From positions 88,483-152,482 of the IMG/VR virus record IMGVR_UViG_3300026097_000010: a DNA stretch of 64,000 nucleotides; one strand, given 5' to 3'. Positions 17,790-29,700 of this stretch are shown here, piece after piece (positions within the stretch are counted from its first letter, which is position 1; each line of letters starts with the position of its first letter). The position numbers and the translations under genes were made by a program. This DNA comes from a virus. The notes below the pieces were generated by a model. That model had not been told where the DNA came from. It saw only the letters and a program-made list of their open reading frames with translations, and searched no databases.

Positions 17790-20700
17790 TGGCAAATAGA
17801 TCATACCCTAAAAGTAACTTACCTATAAGAAAAACATCGGAGTTACTACCACAAGTATTTCAAACAGATACCAATAATAAATTTTTATCCGGAGTAGTAG
17901 ACCCGTTGGTTCAGCCAGGAGTCTTAGATAAGACTGTCGGTTATATAGGCAGACGCTACGGTAAAACATTTAAAGGTTCTGAGGTATACCTAGATAATGA
18001 TCAAACCTTACGAAGTAGGTATCAGTTAGAGCCAGGCGTAACAATTTCTGAAGACGGAAAAATAAATTCTTTCTACGATTATTTAGATTTCAAAAATCAA
18101 TTAAAGTTTTTTGGAAATGATAATGATAGAGATGATAAAATAACCTCACAAGAACACTATAGTTGGAACCCTCCTATTAACTGGGATATGTTTGTAAACT
18201 ATAGAGAATATTATTGGATGCCATTGGGGCCAGAACCTGTTTCCATAACCGGTCAAACAGGATCTATTGTTAGCACATACAAGGTAATGGCTTCAACAGG
18301 CACAAGCTGGATTTTTACTCCTGATGGATTAACAAACAACCCGTCGATTACATTGTATAGAGGACAGACTTATGAATTTAATGTAAACTCTCCCGACGAA
18401 GGATTTACCATAAGAACAAATTATGATACTGGATCGTTACTATTTGATCCTAACAAAACATATTTTTCTGGCGATCTTGCTGTATTCGATGAGAAACTAT
18501 GGAGAGCCGATACAGAAATATCACCACTAGATGGTAGCACAATAGATATTAATTCTCAAGATTGGACTTTGATAGATTCGAGTGTTGCTAATTCTAGCTT
18601 AAATTATAATCAAGGTATCGAAAATAACGGAGTGAAAAATGGAAAATTAACATTTACTGTTCCTCTAGATGCTCCGGATATTCTTTATTACCAAAGTGAT
18701 GTGATACCTGATAGGTTAGGAACATTTATAATCGCCGATATAGAATCTAATACTTTTATAAATGTTGAACGCGAAGTAATAGGAAAAACAACCTACAAAT
18801 CGAGTAACGACATCGAGTTAACAAACGGGCTGGTTGTAGAGTTTAAAGGAAATGTAACTCCGGAGAGTTATTCAAAATCAAGATGGTTAGTCGAAGGAGT
18901 TGGTAATGCTATCACACTAACAAAGTTCGAAGATTTAGTTCCTCCTGCGTTAGCACAAGACACTCCAGAAGTCCTTTTCGATAATGAAGGGTTTGATACT
19001 CAGCCATTTGATGATGCTGATCAATTCCCTGCAGAAAAAGATTATATAGTAATTTCTAAAAACAGTAAAGATCTTAATCCGTGGAGTAGATATAATCGTT
19101 GGTTCCATCGTAGCGTAATCGAGCAATCGGCTAATTTTAATAATTCTAGTTTTAGTGCGTCTGAAGAATCTAGAGCTAAAAGACCTATAATTGAATTTAA
19201 ACCGAACACAAAATTGTTTAATCACGGCGTTGTTGCGAAAAGAACAGTCGATTATATTGATACTGTTACAGACGATGTATTTTCACAAATAGAAGGAAGT
19301 ATAGGCTACAGCATCGATGGAGAATTTTTATTCGAAGGCGCCCGCATTCTTATTGTTGCTGACACTGATTCTCTTGTGAATAATAAAATCTATGAAGTTA
19401 AATTTATAACACACAATGGAATAAGAATTATTAATTTGCAAGAAACTGAGGATAGTGATTCTTTACTAGATGAAAGTGTGTTAATTAGACGAGGACAGTT
19501 AAACGCTGGACTAATGTATCATTTTAATGGCGTTGCTTGGATAAGAAGCCAGCAAAAAACATCTGTAAATCAATCGCCGCTGTTTGATGCATTTGATTCC
19601 AACGGTGTTAGTTTTAGTGATATTGAGACATATCCTGTTTCGACCTTTCAAGGAACTAAATTATTAAGTTACCAAATTGGAACTAGTATTAATGATTCGG
19701 AGTTAGGGTTCAGTTTAAGTTATCTAAATATCGACAATGTTGGTGATATACAGTTTAACTGGAATTGGGATATTGATAATTTTCAGTATACTGAAAATCA
19801 AGTTACTAACACCGTAAAATTAAACACAGGATTTTATAAAATTGATTCCGATTTTGATAATGGGTGGACCCAAACAGATCTAACTTTTACCCAACCAATA
19901 ATTGACAGTGTTATTTTAGATACAGACACTAACGAAGTTGAACTTAGAACAGTACAGTGGGAAAATTTAACAGATTCTGCGATAATTAATTTTTATCTAA
20001 ACGGACAACGAATAAACAATAATTACAGCAGACAAGGTAACAAATTTTTATTTCAAACAACATTTTCTCAAAACGATGTAATATCTATTAAGATAATAGA
20101 TAATATAGAACCTGATCAAGGATACTATGAAATTCCGTTAGGGTTGGAAAAAAATCCGCTGAATCAGGAAATTACGAGTTTTACACTAGGACAGGCGATA
20201 GATCATGTCGAATCGTCTTTGGAATTTGATAGAGAGTTTGTAGGTTCTATACCAGGTTCGTCAAATTTAAGAGATTTATCAAATTATCAATCTAAGACTA
20301 CTCGATTTATAAAGCACGGCGGCGTTTCTGCATTACCGATTGTATTCTTGTGCAATAAAGATCAAAATTTAATAAAAGCATTAAAGTATGCTAAACAAGA
20401 ATACACTAGATTTAAAAACAATTTTATCGAAACAGCAACAAGTTTAAATTTTGATGGAAATACAGCAGATTTTGTAGACGAAATAGTTAACCAGTTATCA
20501 AAAACAAAGACGGTTGATAGTCCTTTTATCGACTCGGACATGATCGGAAGCGGCGCCTACACTTCTTTAGATTATACGGTAGACGATGAAGGCATTAAAA
20601 CATTTGCTCTTAGTGAAAATTTTGATCTAGACACTCTAAGTAATCGAGCGGTGTATGTCTATTTAAATGATAACCAATTATTGCATGGAGCTGAATATAC

Positions 20701-23700
20701 TTTCGACAGCACCTTTGGTTTTATTACAATAAACAAAGATCTAAGCAGAGGTGATCAGTTACAAATTAGAGAGTATGTGTCTACAACATTTAGTCACATT
20801 CCTTCGACACCAACCTCACTTGGCCTTTTTAAAAAATATACACCGTCTAAATTTATTGATAATACTTTTCTGGAACCTAGAGAAGTAATTATTGGACACG
20901 ATGGAAGCTTAACACCTACCTATAATGATTTCCGAGACGATCTAATATTAGAATTAGAGTATCGAATTTATAACAACATCAAAGTTAATTACGACGAAAC
21001 TGTATTTGATATTGATAGTGTACTAGGAGGATATTATCAGCAAGGCGATTTTACAAAATCAGATGTAGATGCAATTGTTTCGCAAGAATTTCTTTCTTGG
21101 GTTTCTAATACCGGTGTAAATTATGCAATTAATCAGTATTTTGATAGCGAAAACGCATTCACCTATACTTATTCTAATATGACCGATCCGACTGGTACAC
21201 AAAACTTACCAGGTTATTGGAGAGGTGTATATCAATGGTTCTACGACACCGACAGACCGCACCGTTCTCCTTGGGAAATGTTAGGATTTAGCGAAAAGCC
21301 TACTTGGTGGAATGATGAATATGGTCCTTCTCCATATACTCGAGGAAATTTATTATTGTGGGAAGATATACAGCAAGGCATAGTTCGTCAAGGACCTAGA
21401 GCAGGAAGATATTCTAGATATGCTAGACCGACAATATTGAATCATATTCCAGTTGACGATGACGGTAATTTGTTAGATCCGCTATCATCTGGACTTGCAA
21501 GAGATTTTACATTGGTTAATAATCAAGGAAGTTTTAAACTAGGTGATGTAGCTCCTGTTGAACATGCCTGGAGATCAAGTTCTGAATGGCCGTATGCTGT
21601 TTTGATTGCTTTATCATTGTTAAAACCATTTGATTTTATTACTAGATGTCTTGATAGGTCTTCTGTTACTACAAACTTGATCGGACAAGTAGTAACTAAA
21701 AATACTGGATATTTTCCAACAATTAAAGACATTGTGGTACCTGAGCCTACTGTTCGCTTAACGAGTGGTTTAATTAATTATATGTCGTCTTATTTAAGAT
21801 CTATAGGATTAAGCCCTGGCTTGTTGACAGATACCATTCAAAATATATCTGTTAGTTTATCTTCTAGATTAAGTGGATTCGTTGATAAGACACAACAAAA
21901 ATATCTTTTAGATAGCAAAAATCCTAATTCTGCATCGGGTAGTATTTTCATCCCACCTGAAAATTATGATATCATTTTTAATGTTAGTTCTCCTATAGAT
22001 ACTATTACCTACAGCGGTGTAATTTTAGAAAAAACGTCTAGGGGATGGATAGTAAGAGGGTACGACAATATAAGTCCCTTCTTTAAATTTTATCAAGCCG
22101 TGCCGAATCAACGAGATCCTATAATTAAAGTAGGCGGTATAAGCGAAACATTTGTTGAATGGGCTCCTGAGCAAACATACAACAACGGATCTATAGTATT
22201 ATATAGAAATGATTATTATAGATCGTTAAAAACACATGTATCGGGTGAAACACTTGATACTTCTTTATGGAATAAATTACCTAATCTTCCGTTAGTAGGG
22301 GCTATCGAAGCACAGCGTAGAAGAAACTTTAATAAACTGAAATTACAACAAATAACATATGGACATGAATTTAATACAATTCAACAAGTTGTAGATTTCT
22401 TATTAGGTTACGAAGAATACTTAAAATCCACCGGCTTTGTTTTTGACAATTACGATACTGAAAATCAAGTTTCGCAAGATTGGACAACTAGCTGTAAAGA
22501 ATTTATGTTTTGGACCAAGCATAATTGGGCGGAAGGCTCGATTATTACATTAAGTCCATCAGCTACCAAGATCCAGATCACGGCACCGGTAGGAGTAGTG
22601 GATAATATTTTAGACAGTTTCTACGAATATAGTGTTTTTAAAGGCGATGGAAACCCGTTAGATCCGAAGTTTATAGATGTAAACAGGGATTTTCAATCAG
22701 TAACAATTAATACAACTAATACAAATCAAGGAATATATTTTCTAAAATTAAATTATGTCCTTAAAGAACATGTTGTTGTATTTGATGATAGAACTGTTTT
22801 TAATGATGTAATATACGATAAACCTACCGGGTACCGCCAGCTTAGAATTAAATCTAGAGGATTTCGGACGGTTGATTGGGACGGCGATTATACGAGTCCT
22901 GGATTTTTATTTGATAATGTTAATATCGAATCTTGGCAACCGTTTAGAGATTACAGTTTAGGGGATATTGTTTCTTATCGTTCGAATAACTGGGTCGCAC
23001 GAGTTTCACACCCAGGCAATGAGAATTTTGATGATGCCCAGTGGAGCCTATTAGATTCGGAACCAGAAAAGAAATTAATACCTAATTTTGATTATCGAAT
23101 TAATCAATTTGAAGATTATTTCGAAACCGGTGCTGAAGGAGTTAGCGAAGTTCAACGCCAATTAGCTAGAAATACTATAGGATTTCAATCTAGACAATAT
23201 CTGAATAATTTAGCAGAAGACACAGTTACTCAGTACCGCTTATACCAAGGCTTTATAAGAGAAAAAGGAACTAATAACGCACTTACTAAACTTTTTACAA
23301 AATTAAGTGACGATACAGAAGATACTAGTTTGTTGTTAAACGAAGAATGGGCTTTTAAAGTCGGTGAATTTGGAGGTACAGACCAGTCATCAGAAGTCGA
23401 GTTCGAAATTAAAATAAACAATTTTGAAATCAATCCTCAACCGTTGTTAGTTACATCGACCCTGCCAACTAGTAATTTAGATCAAAATTACAGAGTCACG
23501 GGAGACGAATTTACAATTTCTGCTATACCGTTCTCAACAAACATTATTCCGGTATCTTACAACTCTGAACCTGTTAAAACAGCAGGATATGTAAAATTAG
23601 ACCAACCCGAATGGACGGTTAGAGATAGAATATCTCTTAATAATTTAGATATAGATCAAATTGTAGAAAATGATCATATATGGATTACATTCGACACTAT

Positions 23701-26700
23701 TGACTGGGACGTTGTAAGATTCAACCAAATACCCGGAGTAATCATTACAGATATCGAATTGACCGCAAATTCAACTGCATTAATATTTTTGAATAAAGAA
23801 AGCGGTTTAGAAATTGGTAGCTATATTGGTATTAAAAATATAACAAATCTTTCAGGCTTTTTTGAAATTGTAGATAAGTTTGTAGAAAGAAGTGAAGTTT
23901 TGCTAACACATATTATAGAAATATCTATTCCTGAAGGCACCCAGACGCCGGAATTTGAAGGAAGCACTGTAAATAATTTGTATACATTAACTGATGCTAG
24001 ATTCGATGCATATGACAATTTAGATCCTCAGTTATCGGCATTGCTAGATGAAAATAGCAAGTTATGGGTCGATAACAATGGAAATGATCTCTGGGAAGTT
24101 GTTGAAAAGAAAAAACAATTTATATCTAAAAAGATAGAAAATTTTGGATTAATCGACCCTAGCAAAGTAGGAAGTAAAGTAGTTTATAATTCCACTTTAA
24201 ATCAGACACTAACTGCCATTCCAGATCCAGGATTTGTAATTGCATATACCGAAGCCCCAGAGTTTTTATCAGTAAGACAAATATTATCTCCTCCAGATTT
24301 TCTGCAAAGCACAGTAACAGGACTCTTCGGCGAAGAAATATCAGTCAGTCCTGATGGAAAATGGCTTGCTGTAGGATCACCTCTTGCCAGCGGCGTCGGA
24401 AGTTATTATAAAGGATTGTTTAATCCTACCATTACATATAACCCTCTAGATATAGTATTATATGAAGGAAAATTATGGAGAGCAACCCAGCAGTATGACA
24501 GAGATCTTCTTGCCAGTTTAGACGACTCAACTTGGATAGCACCAGGAACAGAAGGTTGGGAACCTGCTACTATCGTGGAAGCGGTCAACAATCCTTCAGC
24601 TGAAGGACACACCGAGCAAGGAGTTGTTACGTTATATGAATTTGCAAATAATCAATGGTCACGAAGAATAAGCGTAGTTAGTCCAAGACCTAATAATAGA
24701 GAAAAATTCGGATCATCTATCAGCATAGGTGTTGCAGACGGAATATATTATATGGCTGTCTCTGCACCAGGTGCCGCAGAAAATAGAGGAAGAGTATATC
24801 TGTACATTTTTGAAAACTCAGAATGGAAACATATCGAAAATGTAAAATACAGAGGAATTTATGACGACGAAGCATCTGTCTACTATGCAGGAGACATTGT
24901 TTGGTACAATGGAAATCTTTATGAGTGTCTCGACAATTCAACAACCTATGTTGATGTTAAAGATACCGGCGACTTATCATCTACAGGAAATTGGGTCAAA
25001 TTAAACAATGTTGCTACACAGAACTCTTTACCTCAAAGTGTATCTGTGGAAGATGATGGTTCGACTTTGCAAAGTGGTATACTTAATCCTATCCAAATGG
25101 CCGAACTAATAAAGGTAGGAGATCAATTTGGATCCAGTGTAGCAATGAATTACGATGCTAGTATTTTAGTAGTCGGCGCTCCGTTCTCTGATGATCAATA
25201 TTTTCCTAACTATAAAGGAGTTTGGCGCCCGGATTACGAGTACACTCAAAACGACACTGTTAGACACAAAGGTAATTATTATCAGTTAGCTAACATAGGC
25301 GAAACCGCAGTTGCTTTAGATTCTACCATTACTAGTTACAATCAAGAACCTGTCGGAGAACCATGGATAGAAATTGGCGATAGTTCGACAGATCCGACCG
25401 GAAAAGTTTTTGTCTATCAACGATCATTGCTTGGTACATACGAGCTCAAACAAACCGTTTCCGCAGATAATTTTATAAACCAAAGCGGAACAGCTATATC
25501 TATTAACACAGGTGACGAGTTTGGATCGTCGGTTGATATAGATTTTTCAGGAACAACGATAGTTGCATCAAGTCCTAAGTCGGATATTGAATTTTCAAAT
25601 CAAGGGTCTGCATATATTCTAAGAACCGATTCTGTAATCTTGCCCGAATACAAGCTAGTTCAAAAAATACAAAGTTATGAAAAATATCCAAATGAATTTT
25701 TCGGATTTAATGTTAGTATAAGTCCAAATACCTCTAAAATTGCAATAGGTGCAAACAATGCACAATTTAGTTCTCCTATAAGATTTGATTCAAGCTCTAC
25801 TACATTCGACGAAGGCAGATCGTTATTTTATAGTTCTAGAGGATTTGTTGGAGCTGTATATGTTTACGAATTAAAAGATGATATCTATTTTTTAACAGAA
25901 AAACTTGAAGCTGATTTCCAAGTAGGCGAGTCTTTTGGATACAGTGTTGATTGTGACGATTCAGTGGTTGTTGTCGGGTCCCCCTTCTATAAAACAACTG
26001 GTATGGTTAGAACATTTAGAAAAGATCCAACAAAGAACAGTTGGGAAATTTTAGCTCAACAAACTCCTGTAACTCAAATAGAAAAAGTTAAAAGTATTGC
26101 ATTGTATGATAACATAAACAATATTAAAATTCAAGATCTTGATTATGTCGATCCTGCAAAATTAAAAATTTTAAACGAAGCCGAACAAGAATTAAAATTC
26201 AAAACACCTTACGACCCAGCGGTATATTCAATAGGCACCGAAACTGTGGTAGTTGATTCAGACATCGCATGGACTACAAAAAATGTCGGCGAGCTGTGGT
26301 GGGATTTAAGTACAGCAAAATGGATATACTACGAGCAAGGCGATACAGCCTATAGAACAGGAAATTGGGGAGTTCTTGCTGAAGGAGCAAGCATAGACGT
26401 GTACGAATGGGTTGAATCTTCGATCCTTCCGGCAGATTGGGCGATATTAGCAGACACCACAGAAGGTCTTGCCGAAGGTATAAGTGGACAGCCGTTGTAT
26501 CCTGATAACTCTGTGTATAGTATTAAAGAATTATACAATGTACAAACATTAGAACCTACAGAAACATTGTATTATTTCTGGGTAAGAAATAAAACAACAG
26601 TGCCTAATGATATGAACAACAGAAGACTGTCAGCATCTTCGGTTGCAAATTTAATTTTAAATCCTTCAGCTAACAATACTTTTATAACATTGGCAGGGTC

Positions 26701-29700
26701 TGATAAATTATTGGCATATAATTTTGAGACTGTGATTAATGAAGAAACAGCCCTGGTAAATTTAGATTTTTTCAACAAATTAGAAAAACAAAATGCGGTC
26801 CATAAAGAGTATCAATTAATATCTGAAGGTATTGCAGACAGTTTACCTTCAGATCAATTAGAAGCAAAATGGATTGATAGCTTAATAGGTTACGACAAAG
26901 AAGGAAACAGGGTTCCGGATACAAATTTACCATCTAAGCAAAAATACGGTTTAAATTTCAGACCTAGACAAAGTATGTTTGTAGATAGAATACCTCCTTT
27001 AAGAACGGCTATCATAAACGTAAACCGTGTATTACAGAGAGAACCATTTGCCGACATCATAAATTTTGAAACTTTAAATTCGTTCGACGAAAAACCTAAT
27101 GCAATTTTAAATTTGTATGATGTTGCTGTTCAAACATTAATAGATTTAGAAACAGTAGGAACTGTAAGAATCAAACAAGCTGTACTAAGGGCCAACCTTA
27201 TCGATGGCAGTATCGATACTGTTGATATTTTAGATCCGGGATATGGATATAGAGTACCACCGCCTGTAGAATTTGAAGGAGATGGTACAGATGCAAAAGT
27301 ATCTGTGGAATTAGATAATCAAGGACGCATTGTTAATACGATTATCGAAAACCCAGGAAGAAAATACGCAAATATAACGACAAAAGTTAGAAATTTTTCT
27401 GTACTAGTAGAATCAGATAGTACATTAAATGGTTTTTGGAGTATATATGCTTGGGACGATGTAAGAAAATCATTTTTTAGAAGCAGATCGCAATCATTCA
27501 ACACCACTAGATATTGGGATCTAGTTGACTGGTGGAAAGAAGGATATTCACCGACCACACGTATTGTAAAAGAAGTTAATTTAGCATTTGAAGAACAAAC
27601 CATAAATGTAGAAATAGGCGATTTAATTAGAATTAAAGAATATGGTTCCGGCGGCTGGGCGGTATTTGAAAAAGTTTCTCAGTCTTCTGAGACTTTATTA
27701 GACAACTATACACTGGTCGGAAGACAGTTAGGTACTATAGAATTCAGTTCAACCTTGTATGATACATCTCAGTCCGGTATTGGATTTGATAATGTAAATT
27801 CTTTTGATACAGGATTATATGACATAGAAAATTCTAAGGAACTTAGAAATATTTTACAAACAATAAAAGAAGATATTTTTATAGGAGATTATAGTGCTGA
27901 GTGGAATAAACTATTTTTTACTTCGATTAGATATGCATTCGCAGAACAAACGTATGTAGATTGGGCATTTAAAACAAGTTTCTTAAATGCTGTACACAAT
28001 GTCGGTTCTTTGAAGCAAAAAACAAACTATAAAAACGATAGTTTAGAAAGTTATAGAGATTATATAAATGAAGTTAAACCTTATAAAACGTCAATAAGAG
28101 AATATACAAGTAGATATACGAGTCAGGAAAACACGCAAACTGCTGTTGGCGACTTTGATCTTCCTCCAGTATACTCCGAAATCGAAGGAAAAATTGTTTC
28201 TGTAAATCAATCGTTAGCATTTATTGATCAATACCCGTGGAAGCTCTGGAAAGACAGCCAAGGATATTCTATCGAGTCTATACAAATTGCAGATCAAGGT
28301 ACTGGATATAAGCAACCTCCGTCTGTTTTAATTCAAGGAGACGGTACAGGTGCAACCGCACAAGCATATATATCTAACGGAAAAGTAGTAGCAGTACGAA
28401 TGATTAATGAAGGCATCGGTTACACTGTTGCAACCGTAACTTTAGTCGGAGGAAACGATAATGCGTCTACAACAGCAAAAGTTGTTCCAATTTTAGGTAA
28501 ATCTAAATTTAGAACTCTAGATTTAACAGTAAAATTTGACAGATATACAAAGGAAGGGCTTTATACACAGTTTAATTATACACAAGAATTTATAGCAGAT
28601 GGAAATTCTTCAGTGTTTAATTTAAATTATGCTCCTACTAGAGATAAAAGCAAAATTTCTGTAATACGTAATGACAACCCTGTTCTCGATGGAGAATATA
28701 CAATATCTTTATTTTCGTCTGATACTGATTCGTACAGTTTGTTAAAAGGTAAAATAACATTCATAGAAGTTCCTAACAATGGCGATATAATATCAATTGA
28801 GTACGAAAAGAATGACGAACTACTAGATTCAGTAAATCGAATTAACAAATATTATTCTCCGGTATCTGGTATGAAAGGTTCTGATATTAACCAATTAATG
28901 ACAGGTATCGATTTCGGTGGAGTACAGGTTCAAGGAACTACTTTTGATGTTACAGGCGGCTGGGACGCATTACCATGGTTCACTGATAGTTGGGATAGCG
29001 TGGAAGTCTCTTCGGATTATTATGTTGTAGCAGACGGTAGTACAACTGAAATAACGCTACCATATATTCCTTCAGAAGGACAAATAATTAACATCTATCT
29101 CAAGCGAAATACCACGGTAGAACCGAGATCGATTAATGATTTACAATATACTACTGAAATACCTGATAGTGCTACAATTCGAATTGACGATCCCGAGTAT
29201 GGAACTCAAAATCAAACCAATGAAAATGCATTATTGCCTACATTTGTAGGAGACGGCTCGACTAGCACTATTGAAATTGGCACTTCTGTAAGAACCAGTA
29301 CAGGCGATATCTTAATTTTCCGCCCTATCGAAAGTGATGGCTCGGTGACAATTACCGATCCTACAATTGTAGATACAAACATTCGCGGCGGCACTCTATC
29401 TGCAATGAACGGAGCTTATTCGACAGCAACTGGATTAACAGCAGAAGAAATAGTTATCGACGGCGAAACGTTTATAAGTCCCGATCAAGTACCTGCTCCT
29501 GAAGAAAATATTCCGGGACAGATACTTGATAGTGTTAGTATCAAAGTTTTTACTACAGACTCACAAGGAGCAGCTCCATTAAAATCAAAAATAAGCTATG
29601 GTGATAATTCTACGTCAGTGTTTGAAATAGGACAAACTATATTAGAAAATAGTTCAGTTATTGTTTACATAGACAAAGAACAACAAATCTTAGACACGGA